A stretch of 64,000 bases of DNA from Eledone cirrhosa (taxonomy: Eukaryota): positions 114,080,001 to 114,144,000 of the forward strand of contig OZ024740.1 of NCBI GenBank assembly GCA_964016885.1. Reading direction: 5' to 3'. Positions 40,343 to 53,399 of the stretch are shown here, one piece after another. Position 1 is the stretch's first letter. Every line of letters starts with the position of its first letter. A program made the position numbers and the translations under genes. The notes beneath the pieces are model-generated. The model did not search any database. It was not told the DNA's origin and saw only the letters and a list, made by a program, of their open reading frames with translations.

Positions 40343-40343
<1 letters not shown>

Positions 40344-41037
40344 AGTTAATTTTTAATTTTTAAAATGTTCTTATTTTACGTCTTTCATATAATTGTTCTG
40401 CATCCCCCTGCATAGAACCACAAAGGTACTAAGACATAACATATATATTTGCTAGCATGTGTATACATCTGTATACATATGTTGGTAGATATACTAATCC
40501 TCTATATTTATCTCCAAATTATTTGTTGAGTAAAACTTGCCAAAATTTACTGCTGTGATTCATGGTAGTAGTAGGCTATTGTCATAATACCACCCCACTC
40601 CTCACTGATTAACCTCAATGTCACGTGATGGATCCTTTAGAATCTGCCACTGACCAAAGAGGCAGTGAATTTTTTCAGTGCTTTGGAATTTAGTCCCCGC
40701 TAGCTTTGTTCCATCCACTGAATTATTATTTTTATATGGGTTCCTAGTGTCCGCGCATTGCCTGGGAACTTAGCTGAGAATAGACTCCCTGATGGCGTAA
40801 GGAATTTTCTATAGTTATCTTACGTAACTATATTTATCCCCTTACAGAAACTAATTAGTTGGAGTGAAAATTATAGTAAGTAAGTTAATTTATAATTTTT
40901 AAAATTTTCTTATTTTACGTCTTTCATATAATTGTTCTGAATCCCCCTGCATAGAACCACAAAGGTACAGAGACATAACATATATATTTGCTAGCATGAG
41001 TATACATCTGTATACATCTGTTGGTAGATATACTAAT

Positions 41038-41040
<3 letters not shown>
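40343..41040. repeat. Direct repeats of about 160 bp (40343-40503 and 40882-41042), LTR/pLTR-like
   Basis: taagttaatt...gtagatatactaat occurs twice; a short related piece lies at 36641-36695. Confidence 0.8.
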
Positions 41041-41071
<31 letters not shown>

Positions 41072-41073
<2 letters not shown>

Positions 41074-41500
41074 GGAAAAAGTATGACCCCGACGGCAGAG
41101 CTCAAGCCGTTTCGACGGCTATTTCTCGACTAAATTAGAATTTTTAGCCTGGTGAATAAATAACCGAACTTTTCAAGTGGGTACTTCCTTATATGGGAAG
41201 ATTGTAGTTGTCAAGAGGATTGGTTGAAATTTGTTGTAAACACAAATAAGTCTATCATGGCATTTGGTGGGATGTAAGGGTGTCTGAACTTGCCTGTAGA
41301 ACAATAGGGGAGTGAGTGGAGCGGTCAAGCGTTGAAAGTGATATGTAAAATTCTAATTTAGTCCAGAAATAGCCGTCGAAACGGCTTCAGCTCTGCCGTC
41401 GGGGTCATACTTTTTTCCTATTTCCCACTCTACAACCCTAAGTATTGAGTACTCTGGTGCGTTATGGTCCATCTGGTTCCTTACCACAATTCCTTTGTTA
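41072..41500. mobile_element. Fold-back pLTR-like element: 75-bp inverted arms plus an 80-bp one-sided extension
   Basis: 41072-41146 vs 41346-41420; extension 41421-41500 recurs inverted at 45906-45992; (TA)n flanks. Confidence 0.8.
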
Positions 41501-41547
41501 TATATATATATATATTAGCATTAGTGCTCTGAAATAGCCATGTATAT

Positions 41548-41984
41548 ATGAATATACGTATTGTATATTTAATAATATACTGTATGTTTATTTTAAAATA
41601 CATTGGATATCATTCGTTATGAATTTTAAAGTCGTGACTGACGTCACATCCTTAGTCTCGGCAAAAACAAAGAGGAGTAATCAACGGTCACCGTTTCTCA
41701 CTTGTAAATGGTTGTAAAGACTACATACCTCTTCGCTTTTGCCGAGAGTTATAGCAGCTGCATTCTCATAGAATTCCAGTTATGTGTATGAGTTTTTTTA
41801 AGTTATTAACGTACAGAGCGGTTGCCGGCCGAACAAAATTAGAAATTAGTATTGGTGCTACTACGTCACATATCTAGTCGTATGCCGAGACTAGCACGTG
41901 ACGTAAATCACTACTTTAGAATTCATAGCGAATGGCCTTCAAAATGTTTATATACAGTATATTATTAAATATACAATACGTATA

Positions 41985-41989
<5 letters not shown>
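41548..41989. mobile_element. MITE-like element with about 110-bp imperfect TIRs
   Basis: Outer 38 bp are perfectly inverted (atgaatatacgtattgtatatttaataatatactgtat); inner tagtctcggca/tgccgagacta; TA flanks. Confidence 0.78.
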
Positions 41990-42046
<57 letters not shown>

Positions 42047-42064
42047 CGTGTGTGCGTGTGTGTG

Positions 42065-42113
<49 letters not shown>

Positions 42114-43399
42114 ACAATATGTATGTAACAAGAAAATAATGAGATAGGTAATCAGAATTTTATATAAATCCTTTCAGAGAAGCCAGGCTCAACAACTCTT
42201 GCAACAGAAGTCATATCCAAAATAAGAACGGTTCTCTTTGAACAGAATACGATATTTCAAACCAACTCATGCAACAAATTCATCCCTCAAATTAAAATGG
42301 CACTCTTGGGATAGAATACGATCTTTGGATAGAATATTGTAAAGTATGTTTCTTACCTGCTATGAATCTTATATAAATGTCTTTTAAAGAAAACGAGTTG
42401 CTTGTGCGTTCAGAAACTGAGTATTTGATATCGTAAGAGTAATCATATGTACATTGAAATGTTATAAATTATTCATAGAGCAAAAAGAAAAAGATAAAAG
42501 AATGTTTTTCTCTCTGTGAGCCGGGAAAGTGAGAGGGACAGAGAGAGAGAGGGGGGAGAGAATAGTGTGTGTGTGTGTGGGGGGGGGGGGGGGTGACACA
42601 GTCAAACAGAGAAGGGGGAGGGTGAGAGGGGAAGGGCATAAAGATAAAGATAAAGCAGAGTGAACATATATGTATTAGCATAATGCAGTGAAGTTCGCAT
42701 GCTGATGTTAAATCAGAAGGAATGAGCTAAAATAGCCATTATATTTTCTATCCAAAGGCAAAACATTATCTTGTTGGTTTTCTCAATGATAGAATTACTT
42801 AATGACAACAGCCTCAAGTCAAGGGAAGGTTATGTTTAAAAGTTTATAGTAATATCCTGTTTATTCGTTAGCTCAAATGAATATAGCTAAATTCTTACTG
42901 ATTTACCTAATGAAATGAGAATATAAACAGATGTTTTACTTAAATTATAAACTTTTAAAGTTTGATACCAAGCACAGCTTCACTCTATTTAACATAGTTT
43001 TATTTGTGATAGCAACATATCCAATGTGTATAAGATTGTGTGTTCGAAATATATGTTCTCTTGAGTGGTCGCTGATGAACATTTTATATTGTTTTCATGG
43101 AGTCATAGAACTGATTTTGTGCCAGTATATATGCCTACCTGTCTTATTCTGTATTTTAATTAATGTATGTAAAATGGTGAAAATTGTTTGTCAGGCTGTT
43201 ATTTGACGTTCTTCATTTAAATTATTATCGAACCACTGACGACCACTGAACATATAAATACCACAAAAGTGCCCATTAAATGTTTGAAGGCGTCGATGCA
43301 TACATACATATGTACATACATACATGCATACATACATGCATACATACATACATAGTGATTGTTATTTATTGTTAAGGGAGTGTCATCCCTTCATGTGCA

Positions 43400-44030
43400 C
43401 CCAGGTGATTTGTCAGACCAGTTTCGTTTTGCGAGCATGTTCAGAGATATGACACTTGAACTGCCTCTCTCCTGATATGACCTGCTGGGTTAACTCATCA
43501 GTCATTATGCCATGTCTGGACAGTCCACCCACTGACAAGTAAATCAAGCCACTTTCATTCCAAATGTACCGAGGAGGGGGTGGCCATAGAATCATTTTTT
43601 CAGATTTAAGATTGTCTTGTATGACATTCTTAAACCGCTTGTATCGGTTTATGCTATGACCTATTCCCTCTGATCAGACTCCATAAAATATATATTTAGG
43701 GAGCTTTAGTAAGGTCCACACATACTTCGTACAGTGCCTCTCTACTCAACACATTTGTCCATAAGCTGGCAGACTGAGAATACCTTATCCATTGTACCAC
43801 GCCCATGTCTGAATCAAAACTGGGCCTCAGGGGTGGCACCAGGGCAAATCCAATTTAGTATACGACTCACCAGTGCCTTGGAGAAGCTCTTTCGTACCGA
43901 AAATCGAAACCAAAATTGCATCAACCCTACAGTGCGGGAGAGAGCCCCCATGTCATACCAATAAAACCAATTCAAGGATGGACAACATTGTCTCTTCCAA
44001 AGGGAATTAGCAGAACCCGTATTCCATCCA
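43400..44030 (-). pseudogene. Degenerate RTE-clade RT fragment between (CATA)n runs
   Basis: PEAQF*FRHGRGTMDKVFSVCQLMDKC resembles RTE PESQCGFRxGRGTxDMIFxxRQLQEKC. Confidence 0.65.
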
Positions 44031-45117
44031 AACATTCATACATACATAATTGTGTATCATTTTTGGCACAAGGTCAGCAATTTGAAGGGCAGGGGAAAGT
44101 CGATTAAATCGAACCCAGTGCGTTACTATTACATTATTTGTATTGACATTGCAAGAATGAAAGACAAACCAAACTACAGTGTGATAGGAACTTAGGATGA
44201 AGTGGACCAGAAAATGATGAAGCTAATAATAAATCCTTCTTTAGACACAGAACCAACAATTTAAGTTTAAAGGACAAGTCAAATACTCACGTATTTTGCT
44301 GTAAATTATTTCATCGAGCGTGGATAGATGAAAGACAAATTTAACATCAGCGGTTTTTGAATACATATGTAAAGGGCTGTAACGAATATCGCAAGGTGCT
44401 AAATATGTGTAACGTCGGTTGATCATCAAGATATTTACAAGGAGTGACAGTTATCTTTTGATAACTTGTTGTAAACAGTTACTGTACATCGTTTGTAAAA
44501 GGAGCAAACTTTTAGAGGGAAGCATGTATCTCATCCTGAAAGATACAGCGATTTCAACATGACCCCCCCCCCCCCCTCCACTTCAGATAATAAGTAGCGC
44601 ATTCTTTGTTACACGGCCAGTTAAAGCGTAAATATATTTGAGACATTACTGAAGTATAACGATTAGAAGATATAATATCTTATAATAGCAAAACTAGCAA
44701 TAACAATAAAACAAATTACAACATAAAAATCATAAAGGAACGAGAATAAAAGCCTCTTAATAGCATCTCTGCTAACCTAACAAAATGTATAACCCTTCTA
44801 GGTAGGTGGCGTATTTCTCTTAATAATTGTATCGCCTCGTTGGAAAATCTGTTTTAATGGAGGCGTTGGCACTGAGTTTACCTCATTTCCAGATATTTCA
44901 ACCGTTTCTTCTAAGGACCATTATTATAGGTCCGATGATCAAAGAAAACTTTTTTTTTCTATTTGTTAGCACGTTTTTCACGTTTTCAAATACACAAATG
45001 TTGGAATATGCCGAAATCTTAGGAATAGCTAGCGGAATTTTTACTTCATGTCTCTTTATACTCTGTTAGAGACATGTGTGTAGGAGTTGATAAATGAAAG
45101 AAAGAAAAGGCGAAGAT

Positions 45118-45257
45118 AGAAGAAGAAGAAGAAGAAGAAGAAGAAGAAGAAGAAGAAGAAGAAGAAGAAGAAGAAGAAGAAGAAGAAGAAGAAGAAGAAG
45201 AAGAAGAAGAAGAAGAAGAAGAAGAAGAAGAAGAAGAAGAAGAAGAAGAAGAAGAAG

Positions 45258-45287
<30 letters not shown>
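45118..45287. repeat. Long pure (GAA)n microsatellite
   Basis: About 170 bp of uninterrupted GAA. Confidence 0.97.
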
Positions 45288-45288
<1 letters not shown>

Positions 45289-45867
45289 TAACTAAATAAA
45301 ACAAAGCCAAAGAAAAGAGCAAATAACGAAAACCACCCAAAAAATGCAGTATGAATAAAAGAATTAGAAACAGAGATAGTAAGATAAGAAGATAGAAATA
45401 ATTTAGGGTCTAATTATGAAGAAGAACCAATTAACAATGCAATAATTAGCAGCCAGAAACCGATAAAAAGAAATAAACGAGAAGGAACAATGACAGATTT
45501 GCAGAGAGATAACATATATACACTATAAACATAGTTACCCTGTGCATTCACACTTCACAGTTTCCCCAACCACTATCTTTTACCCCAATCCTTCCTCATC
45601 AATACCCTCAACTCCTTTACATTATTTTCTTTCTTATTCTCAAATACATATAATAACATCCTCCCCTCTCATCCTCTCTCTTTCTCCTTTCTCTTTCTAT
45701 CTATGTACTTCTATCCATCTGCCACTTGGGAAATATGAGTTGCGACTTCACTGATGCTAAACTAGACCGAACTTACCCTTTCCCTTGGACAAAACTGGTG
45801 GCGTGGAGAAGGAGAACTTGTATGTATGGGTAAATGATGGTCTTCCACAAAAATACATTAACCCTTT

Positions 45868-45908
<41 letters not shown>

Positions 45909-46012
45909 ACGAAGGAAATGTGGTAAGGAACCAGGTGGACCATAACGCACCAAAGTACTCAATACTTAGGGTAGTAGAGTGGGTAATAGGAACGAGTAGG
46001 ACCCCATATATA

Positions 46013-46248
46013 CTAAGCACACAATACACAAAAACAAGATGGTGTAGGAGCGAGAGAAGGAGTCACACAAAATAAAAACCCAGTCACTAAGGATTTCAAA
46101 TAATGTGTGAAAGGGCTTTGGCAATATATAAACAACTATCCGGTTATCGAACCAACGAACCAACCGGAAATTTATAATAAATTGAAGTGAAACCAACAGG
46201 TGCCTGTGTTTTTCCTGGTAGCATGACCCTCCCAAAGTATAACAATAT
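46013..46248 (+). mobile_element. Solo pLTR of the Penelope family at 47-51 kb
   Basis: Colinear with 51040-51332; ends catgaccctcccaaagtataacaat followed by (TA)n. Confidence 0.8.
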
Positions 46249-46496
46249 ATATATGTGTGTGTGAGTGTGTGTGAGTGAGTGTGTGTGTATATATATTCAT
46301 TTCATTAAGGCTAAATAATGAGCCTAGACTCACTATTTAGCCTTAATAAAATGGATATTATATTTCTAAATCGATATTGACATTTCTTTTCTCCCAGCCG
46401 TCACCACATGCGGATGTATATATATATATATATATATATATTTTACATAAACCCTATTGTACAGCCGACCATGTTATTCTTCATTCTTTTACTATG

Positions 46497-46534
<38 letters not shown>

Positions 46535-46554
46535 CGCGCGCGCGTGTGTGTGTA

Positions 46555-46596
<42 letters not shown>

Positions 46597-46598
46597 TG

Positions 46599-46667
<69 letters not shown>

Positions 46668-46711
46668 ATTAAGTCAAATAATTAAAATTTGGCTTCGCTT
46701 ATTAAAGATGT

Positions 46712-46766
46712 ACTGCTATATATATTTTGGTGACAGCCATCATTGGCTGTGACCTCGTCAGGCAGT
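46712..46766 (-). ncRNA. Type I hammerhead ribozyme with one core substitution (GAAA to AAAA)
   Basis: actgc-CTGACGA-ggtcacagcca atga tggctgtcacc-AAAA-tatata-TA-gcagt; 5-bp stem I and long stem II. Confidence 0.7.
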
Positions 46767-46938
46767 CCGAATTGCTGTGGTAGAGACAGGTACACATGTT
46801 GTTGAAGTGTTTTACTCCGTCAATACTCCGATATGTCCAGCTCCTGGTTGGGTTGTTATTTCTCTGAGGAACTGGAATCAGTGCTCCAATCTGCATACTG
46901 AGGTGTCGGTAAACAACCAACATATACTCAAAATTTAT

Positions 46939-46968
<30 letters not shown>

Positions 46969-46970
<2 letters not shown>

Positions 46971-47205
46971 TTCGTTTCTGAATTTGTTTACCAAGATTCT
47001 TTATCTGAAAACGTGTGTTGAAACCGATATTGTTATACTTTTGGAGGGTCATGTTGCCAATAAGAAACACACGCACCAGTTGCTTTCACTTCAATTTATT
47101 ATAATAAATTTATAATTCCTAAATTTATAAATTTATTATAATAAATTGAAGTGAAAGCAACTGGTGCGTGTGTTTCTTATTGGCAACATGACCCTCCCAA
47201 AGTAT

Positions 47206-47212
<7 letters not shown>
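46969..47212. mobile_element. Mini fold-back of Penelope pLTR ends
   Basis: 47028-47115 is inverted to 47126-47212, which matches the 3' end at 51245-51332; extra 60-bp module on the left. Confidence 0.82.
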
Positions 47213-47249
<37 letters not shown>

Positions 47250-49807
47250 CGTTTCTAAATTTGTTTAGCAAGATTTTTATCTGAAAACGTGTGTTGAAAC
47301 CGATATTGTTATATTATACTTTGTAAGAAGATTACAGCTCACCAAAAAGCAAGCAGATAGGCTAAAACGAACACTAATTCTAAACATATAAAAGAAGATC
47401 TATAGAGAATTAAGTCATCAAGAAAAACATAAACGTAACCTAATACAAGAAATAACTAAGATCACCACACCAAGAGAAAAACTAATATTTATAAACCTTA
47501 TACGTTCTGAAGAACAGTAGATTATTCAAGAATGTGACAAGCAATTTAACAAGAAGCTAAAGTGGCTTAAACACATAATACTAAATCAAGATACTTTAGA
47601 GAATATCAATAGATATCCCGACACAATTGACGGTATAAATATGGCCGACATCTCATTAACAGATGAATTCAACAACAACAACACAAATATATACCGCAAC
47701 ACTACGGTCGACTCTGATGAATTATCTGTATTACAACTGCTGCCTAAATATGCCACATTCAATAAGGTAAATATGATTAGATGCTTGTCAGAAATAACAA
47801 AAACAAAAGTAACAACATACGCACACACATATACAACACACATCCCAACAACAACAGACACACAGACACAAACAACAATAACAACAACACACACATCAAC
47901 AATAATAACATACTCAGAAACAACAACAACAGACACGCAGACACAAACAACAATAACAACACACACAACAATAATAACATACACAAAGACAACAACAACA
48001 CACATCAACAACAGCACACATCAACAACAACAACAACACACACACATTCAATGCCTCTCACCACCACCAAAATCTTAACAAACACACAGACACAGAAAAC
48101 AGGTACTGACAGTAGCGCAGAAATAAGGGAAGGTAATAAGATTGAAAGGAGAAGGGAGACTATGGACAGAGAAAATAACCAAGACGAACACACAGACACA
48201 CAAAATAGAGTAGATAATAACAATGAGCCAGAGGAAAGAGACAGGAGTAATAATGAGAGACATAGACACAACCATGAGGCTGTTGGTGGAAATAGAAACA
48301 ACACATCTAACAATAACAATAGCTCTTGTACACATAAAGCAGCAGCCTGGAACTCTACTTTTTATAATCCCTCCGATAAGTTGTTCGACCTGCGACGAGT
48401 CCATCACGACTTTAGCTTTTAACAAACGCACGCAATTGCCGTCGCAGGTCGATGAACAAACAGAAGCACAATTTAGTATAGCTATCTCTAAACTTAGAAA
48501 TATTATAGAACAGTATAGCAAGAAGCATAATAGAATAGAGGCACAGCAACTGGGAGAAAAATCTGCAAATGGCTTGCGTAAGCTCATGCAGCGCTCGCGT
48601 AATAGAGAGATAGTATGCTTTCCAACAGACAAGTCTGCAAAATGTCGGTTGACAGTCTGCCAAAATATATCTCAGGCAATGCAACCCCACATCACTAACA
48701 CAAGAGAAGTAACACCACAAGAGCATGAGGATAGAGAAAAAGCCCTCAATGCCCATATGGTGATGTGGACAAATATAATGCAGTCCCACCAAAGGACTGC
48801 CAACAACTTCCAGGCTTGGAACAATGACGTGCCAGCGTTGTATGGGCTTCGAAAAGACCATAAAACGAGCAGTGACCCTGTCACGGGACCACCAACACGG
48901 CCAATCTGTGGAGCTAACATTGCTAGTAACTACAGACTGTCCTACTTCCTCTCCCTGATCATACGCCCCATCATTGAAATGTCCCCAGATGTGTGACAGC
49001 ACGGAGGACCTCCTCAGCAGAATAGGCGAGAGTAACCGATCTAAAGACCTAACAAACTGCATAATAGGTAGTATGGATGTTGTGTCCCTGTATCCATCTA
49101 TTGACGTGGATTTTGCTGTGGAGAAATGCGTAGAAATGATCAGTGAGAGCAATGTTGAATTCCGTGGGATTGATACCAGTGAGCTGGGACTCCTACTTAA
49201 ACTTACCTATAGTAATAATTATCTAGACGCATAAAACCTTAGCAACCTGTGCCCTACAAGACCAGCAAGAGGCAGACCACCTACCATTGCCTCAATGGCC
49301 AAGAAAGCCCACAGAGATAGATGGAACGGGTGGACCAGAGCCATACGAACCCCCGAAAACCACGATGAACTAAAGAAAATGATTGCACATGCGGTGGGGG
49401 CCAGCATAAAATTAACCCTTAAGGAACATATGTTCAAATTTAATGGAAAAACATATGTCCAAGAGGAGGGAGCAGCCATTGGTGTTAGCATTGCAGGCGA
49501 CATAGCTAACTTATTCATGGTATGGTGGGACAGTAGACTTAAACTTAAACTTAAAGAACAATTAGAAGACCCCTTAACCCTGATAATGTACTCCCGCTAC
49601 TTTGATGATATAAACATCGCAGTTAAAACACCCCACTAGAGAACAGTCAGGAATTAGAGAAAAACACAATTGAAAGCATCCAGCAGATAGCTAATTCCAT
49701 CCACCAGAGTATTAGAGTTACTATACACTACCCAAGCAAATACCCCAACCATCGATTACCTGTACTAGACACAGAGCTCTGGTTAGATACCATTAATAAC
49801 AAAAAAC

Positions 49808-49988
49808 GGTGGATGGGCAGTATCGGAAGAGGGTTGGACGCCATGCTTTCCAGCATAGTTACGCCCCTTAATGATCTGAGTTCAAATCCCGCCGAGGTTG
49901 ACTTTGCCTTTCATCCTTACGGGGTCGATAAAATAAAGTACCAGTAATGCACTGGGTAATTGCTGGCCTTGTGCCAAAAATAGAAACA
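49808..49988 (+). mobile_element. SINE inserted in the Penelope RT, with 16-bp TSD
   Basis: B-box-like gagttcaaatccc and Nin/Deu-like core; TSD attaataacaaaaaac (49792) and attaataacaagaaac (49989). Confidence 0.88.
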
Positions 49989-51136
49989 ATTAATAACAAG
50001 AAACAAATCCTCCATCCCCATTATGCCAAACCCATGACTTCCAAATATCTGATCCACCTAAACTCAGCTGTTTCGGACCATACCAAAATCAACATACTGA
50101 TTGCAGATTTGGTACGGGTGATGAGAAACGTGTCCCGCATGTGCAACCCCGAAGAACTAGAGAGACACATACAACACTTCATCCACCGTATGCAGTTCTC
50201 TGGTTACAATCAGAGAGATAAAATCAGAGTGTATAGAGGAGCCAGAAGCAAATGGGAAAAAATGGTAAATTATGACACAAATGGGACCTGCCCCTTGTAT
50301 AGGAGCAAATTTTGGAATAGAATAGAAAGAACTAGGAATAAGGCTAATAGAATAAACTCATGGTATGATAGCAATAAATACCAGAGTGTAATATTCATCG
50401 ATACAACTCCTAGAGGTGAATTAGCTTACAAATTTAGAAGGGCCCTAGATAAACATAAACTCAATATTAAGATAGTAGAAAGACCAGATACCTCCATAAA
50501 AACACTTATTAGCAAGACATACCATTTCCAAAGACCCCCCTGTATAGATAAGAAATGTATAACCTGTAAATTAAGCCACCATATTAACTGTAAAACTAGA
50601 AATGTAGTATATAGCATAAGATGTACTGAAGGACAATGTAGAGAAAAAATATAGTGTACATAGGTGAGACAGCTCGTAGTATAGGGGAACGGATAAATGA
50701 ACACTGGCGAGACCTTCAAAATAGTAAAGAATCATCTGTACTCTACCACCATGCTAAAATAGAACATAAGGGTAAATTAGAAAACATAGAAATGAAAATA
50801 GAATCTACACACAGAAAAGACGCAATGTTTAGACAAATCACAGAGGCAATAAACATAAATGAATTACAACCAAAATTAAATAGAAAACATGAGTGGAACA
50901 GCAACATCACAACTTACAATTAAGGACAAAATGAAAACACACACGCACATAGAACAAACAACCAACCAGTAACATGTACATAAACAAATAAATAAACGAA
51001 CATAAACACACACAGACACCCGGATGTAACACATGCGCAAACTAAGCACACAACGCAGACACAAAAACAAGATGGCGTAGGACAGAACAAAGGAGAGGCA
51101 CAAAAAAAAACAAAAAAACAAGAAAAGAGCCCCCCA

Positions 51137-51179
51137 GTCACTGAAGAGGTCACAGAATGTGTGACGAAAGAACTTTGAC
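51137..51179 (+). ncRNA. Minimal type I hammerhead ribozyme in the Penelope pLTR
   Basis: gtca-CTGAAGA-g-gtcaca gaatg tgtgac-GAAA-gaac-TT-tgac; stems I and II pair perfectly. Confidence 0.7.
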
Positions 51180-51799
51180 AATATATAAACAACCATCTGG
51201 TTGTGGAACCAACCAACCAACCGGTAATTTATAAATTCCTAAATTTATAAATTTATTATAATAAATTGAAGTGAAAGCAACTGGTTCGTGTGTTTCTTAT
51301 TGGCAACATGACCCTCCCAAAGTATAACAATATATATATATATATATATATATATTCCTCTCCCATACAAACAAAGACATGTTAGGGGTTGTTTAATATG
51401 ACAACAGCATCTTCTTTGATGTTCCCAATTAGCTTTAAAGAGCAGCTACATTTCAACCCAATATATCTGTATTCGACAAAAATGTCAATGAATTGGTCGT
51501 ATTTGAGTTATCTCCGTTAATCGTAAGATGCGAATTGTTTTGTAGTAAATTTTTAAAGTCGTTAGAGCGTCGGAATGAATGCCTCAATCTGCTCCAAGTT
51601 TAATTTTGTTTTTCCTCTTTTCGAGATTTATAAATAAAGTAGATTGCTAAAATTCTTAAAGCATCCTTCGGAAGGCTTGTCTATGTCTATTCTGATTGTG
51701 TGCGATCAGAATTCAAATTCCGCTTCCTCGCACCAGAAAATCAAAACAGTTATTGTCAGGAGTTGTGAAAGAATGTTCAATGAAAGCACCTTTACCTTG

Positions 51800-53340
51800 G
51801 ACTAATCAAACAATCGGCTTCTTTTTGTTTGTAGATCTTTAAGCATATATACAGGTGTTTTTCTGTACCAACTACTTCGTTAATATCTTGTAATCGACGT
51901 CTTTTAACACACTATAATATATGCGACAACCCTACTTCATGTAGCTGTATTATACAGAAAGCTCTTTCGTTGTATATTACATTTTCATTGTTTTGGCTGG
52001 TATTGAGCGTGTTATATGTCCTGAATAAATGTTCAATTTTCGTTCATGAATTGTTCCTAATACTCAACATGTGCTATTTATATTTTTATGATAACGCATT
52101 CTATCGTCGTTTCTGGAAGCATTGATCCCAAACGGCATCTATAAGACCTTGCGATTTAATTTTTAATTTCCTGCTTGTCAGCCACAAGTGGATTTAGCAT
52201 TTAGAAATATTAATCTATGCAAGATATTTCCCAGATAGTGTTGTACTTGGCCTCTTGTTATTTTCCTTTAAATCGTATCTTTTTGTTGTTACATTTGCTG
52301 TTTTCTTAAATAATTTTTTTTTTTTTTGCTGTTCGTAGTACTTTTTTTTCAGGTTCAGCCTTCAGCCTTGAATAACGTTGTGCGTCCGTAGGATATATGT
52401 ATTATGTATGTATGTATGTATGTAAGAACATATGTATGTATGTGTTCATGTGCATATATACAGAGAGTGAGTGAGAGATAGATAGAGAGAGCATTTTCTA
52501 TTTCCATTGTTATATACTATTTGCAGGATCTTCGATTTCTTTGAAGCCCTGTTTATTAGCTTCTAAATGTTGCTGCTCCTACGTGGTTTCTACTTGTGTT
52601 TGCCAGTTGCCTCCAAATTATGTTTTTTATGTGACGCCGCTTGCTCTGTATATAGTGAGAGAATTCCTTGTATTAGTATGCAATCTGAAAGTCTCACTGA
52701 TTCTCCCTCTAATTTACGATGTTAAAACTATTTTACGGTGCAAGCATTTATGACGCAATTTCCCTATATTTGTTTTTGCATTTTAGTTGCTTTTCACCGC
52801 TAACCTCTCTCGACATGGTTTTTTTTTCTCCCTTCTCCTTGAAGTGCAATTTCCATTGTTCTTTATTGGATTTGGCTTACTTCCAATATTCCAATACTTC
52901 AACTGCTTCAAGTTTCCTTAATGCCTCATCTGTTCTGTTGCAATTCAGTTCTTTTGCATCTTTATTCTATTTTGTATTTTGTGTGAGTGTAAATCTGGCA
53001 AACAACTTCAAATTACCTATATAGATAGTTTGATTTCTTTCATTTTGTAAGCACAATTTTCTTATAAAAAAATCCGTTCAAGGTTATAAATACCACAAAA
53101 AATAGGTGCTAGTGAAATCACATGGATGCCCCTATCTTTAATTTCTGTTTCTTGTGATAAATACCACAACCCCTTCACGTACAATAAAATCAACATTGAC
53201 TCCCAGTTCCCCATACTGTGTCTCGGGAGATTTATTCGTGGTTCGATGTAATAGATGTTCCAGATTTTCGTTATCCAGATATAGGAATGCTGTTTTCTTC
53301 TATAAAATATATTCATTTTATTAATAAACGTATTCACGTT
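51800..53340 (-). pseudogene. Ancient R4/Dong-type RT relic
   Basis: WITKIWNIYYI..HSMGNWES, EIKDRGIHVISLAPIFC and GNLKLFAR echo the RT motifs of families A and B; left boundary uncertain. Confidence 0.45.
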
Positions 53341-53399
53341 ATTAATAAATCTCTACTTACAGTGTTTCAATGTTGCCGTTTCAGGAGCATTTTATTATT

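Larger units (their letters stand above)
47246..51332 (+). mobile_element. Penelope-like retroelement (RT + C-terminal GIY-YIG), disabled, with 3' pLTR
   Basis: PTDKS, LYGLRKDHK, RPI, SMDVVSLYPSI, QEEGAAIG, RYFDD, VVY..YIGET, ERINEH and LNRK motifs; several frameshifts and stops; (TA)n flanks. Confidence 0.92.

Noticed and set aside
46300-46352. Small hairpin attaaggctaaata...tatttagccttaat as a terminator or miRNA
   Set aside because: Eukaryotic context with no supporting features; probably another tiny fold-back remnant.
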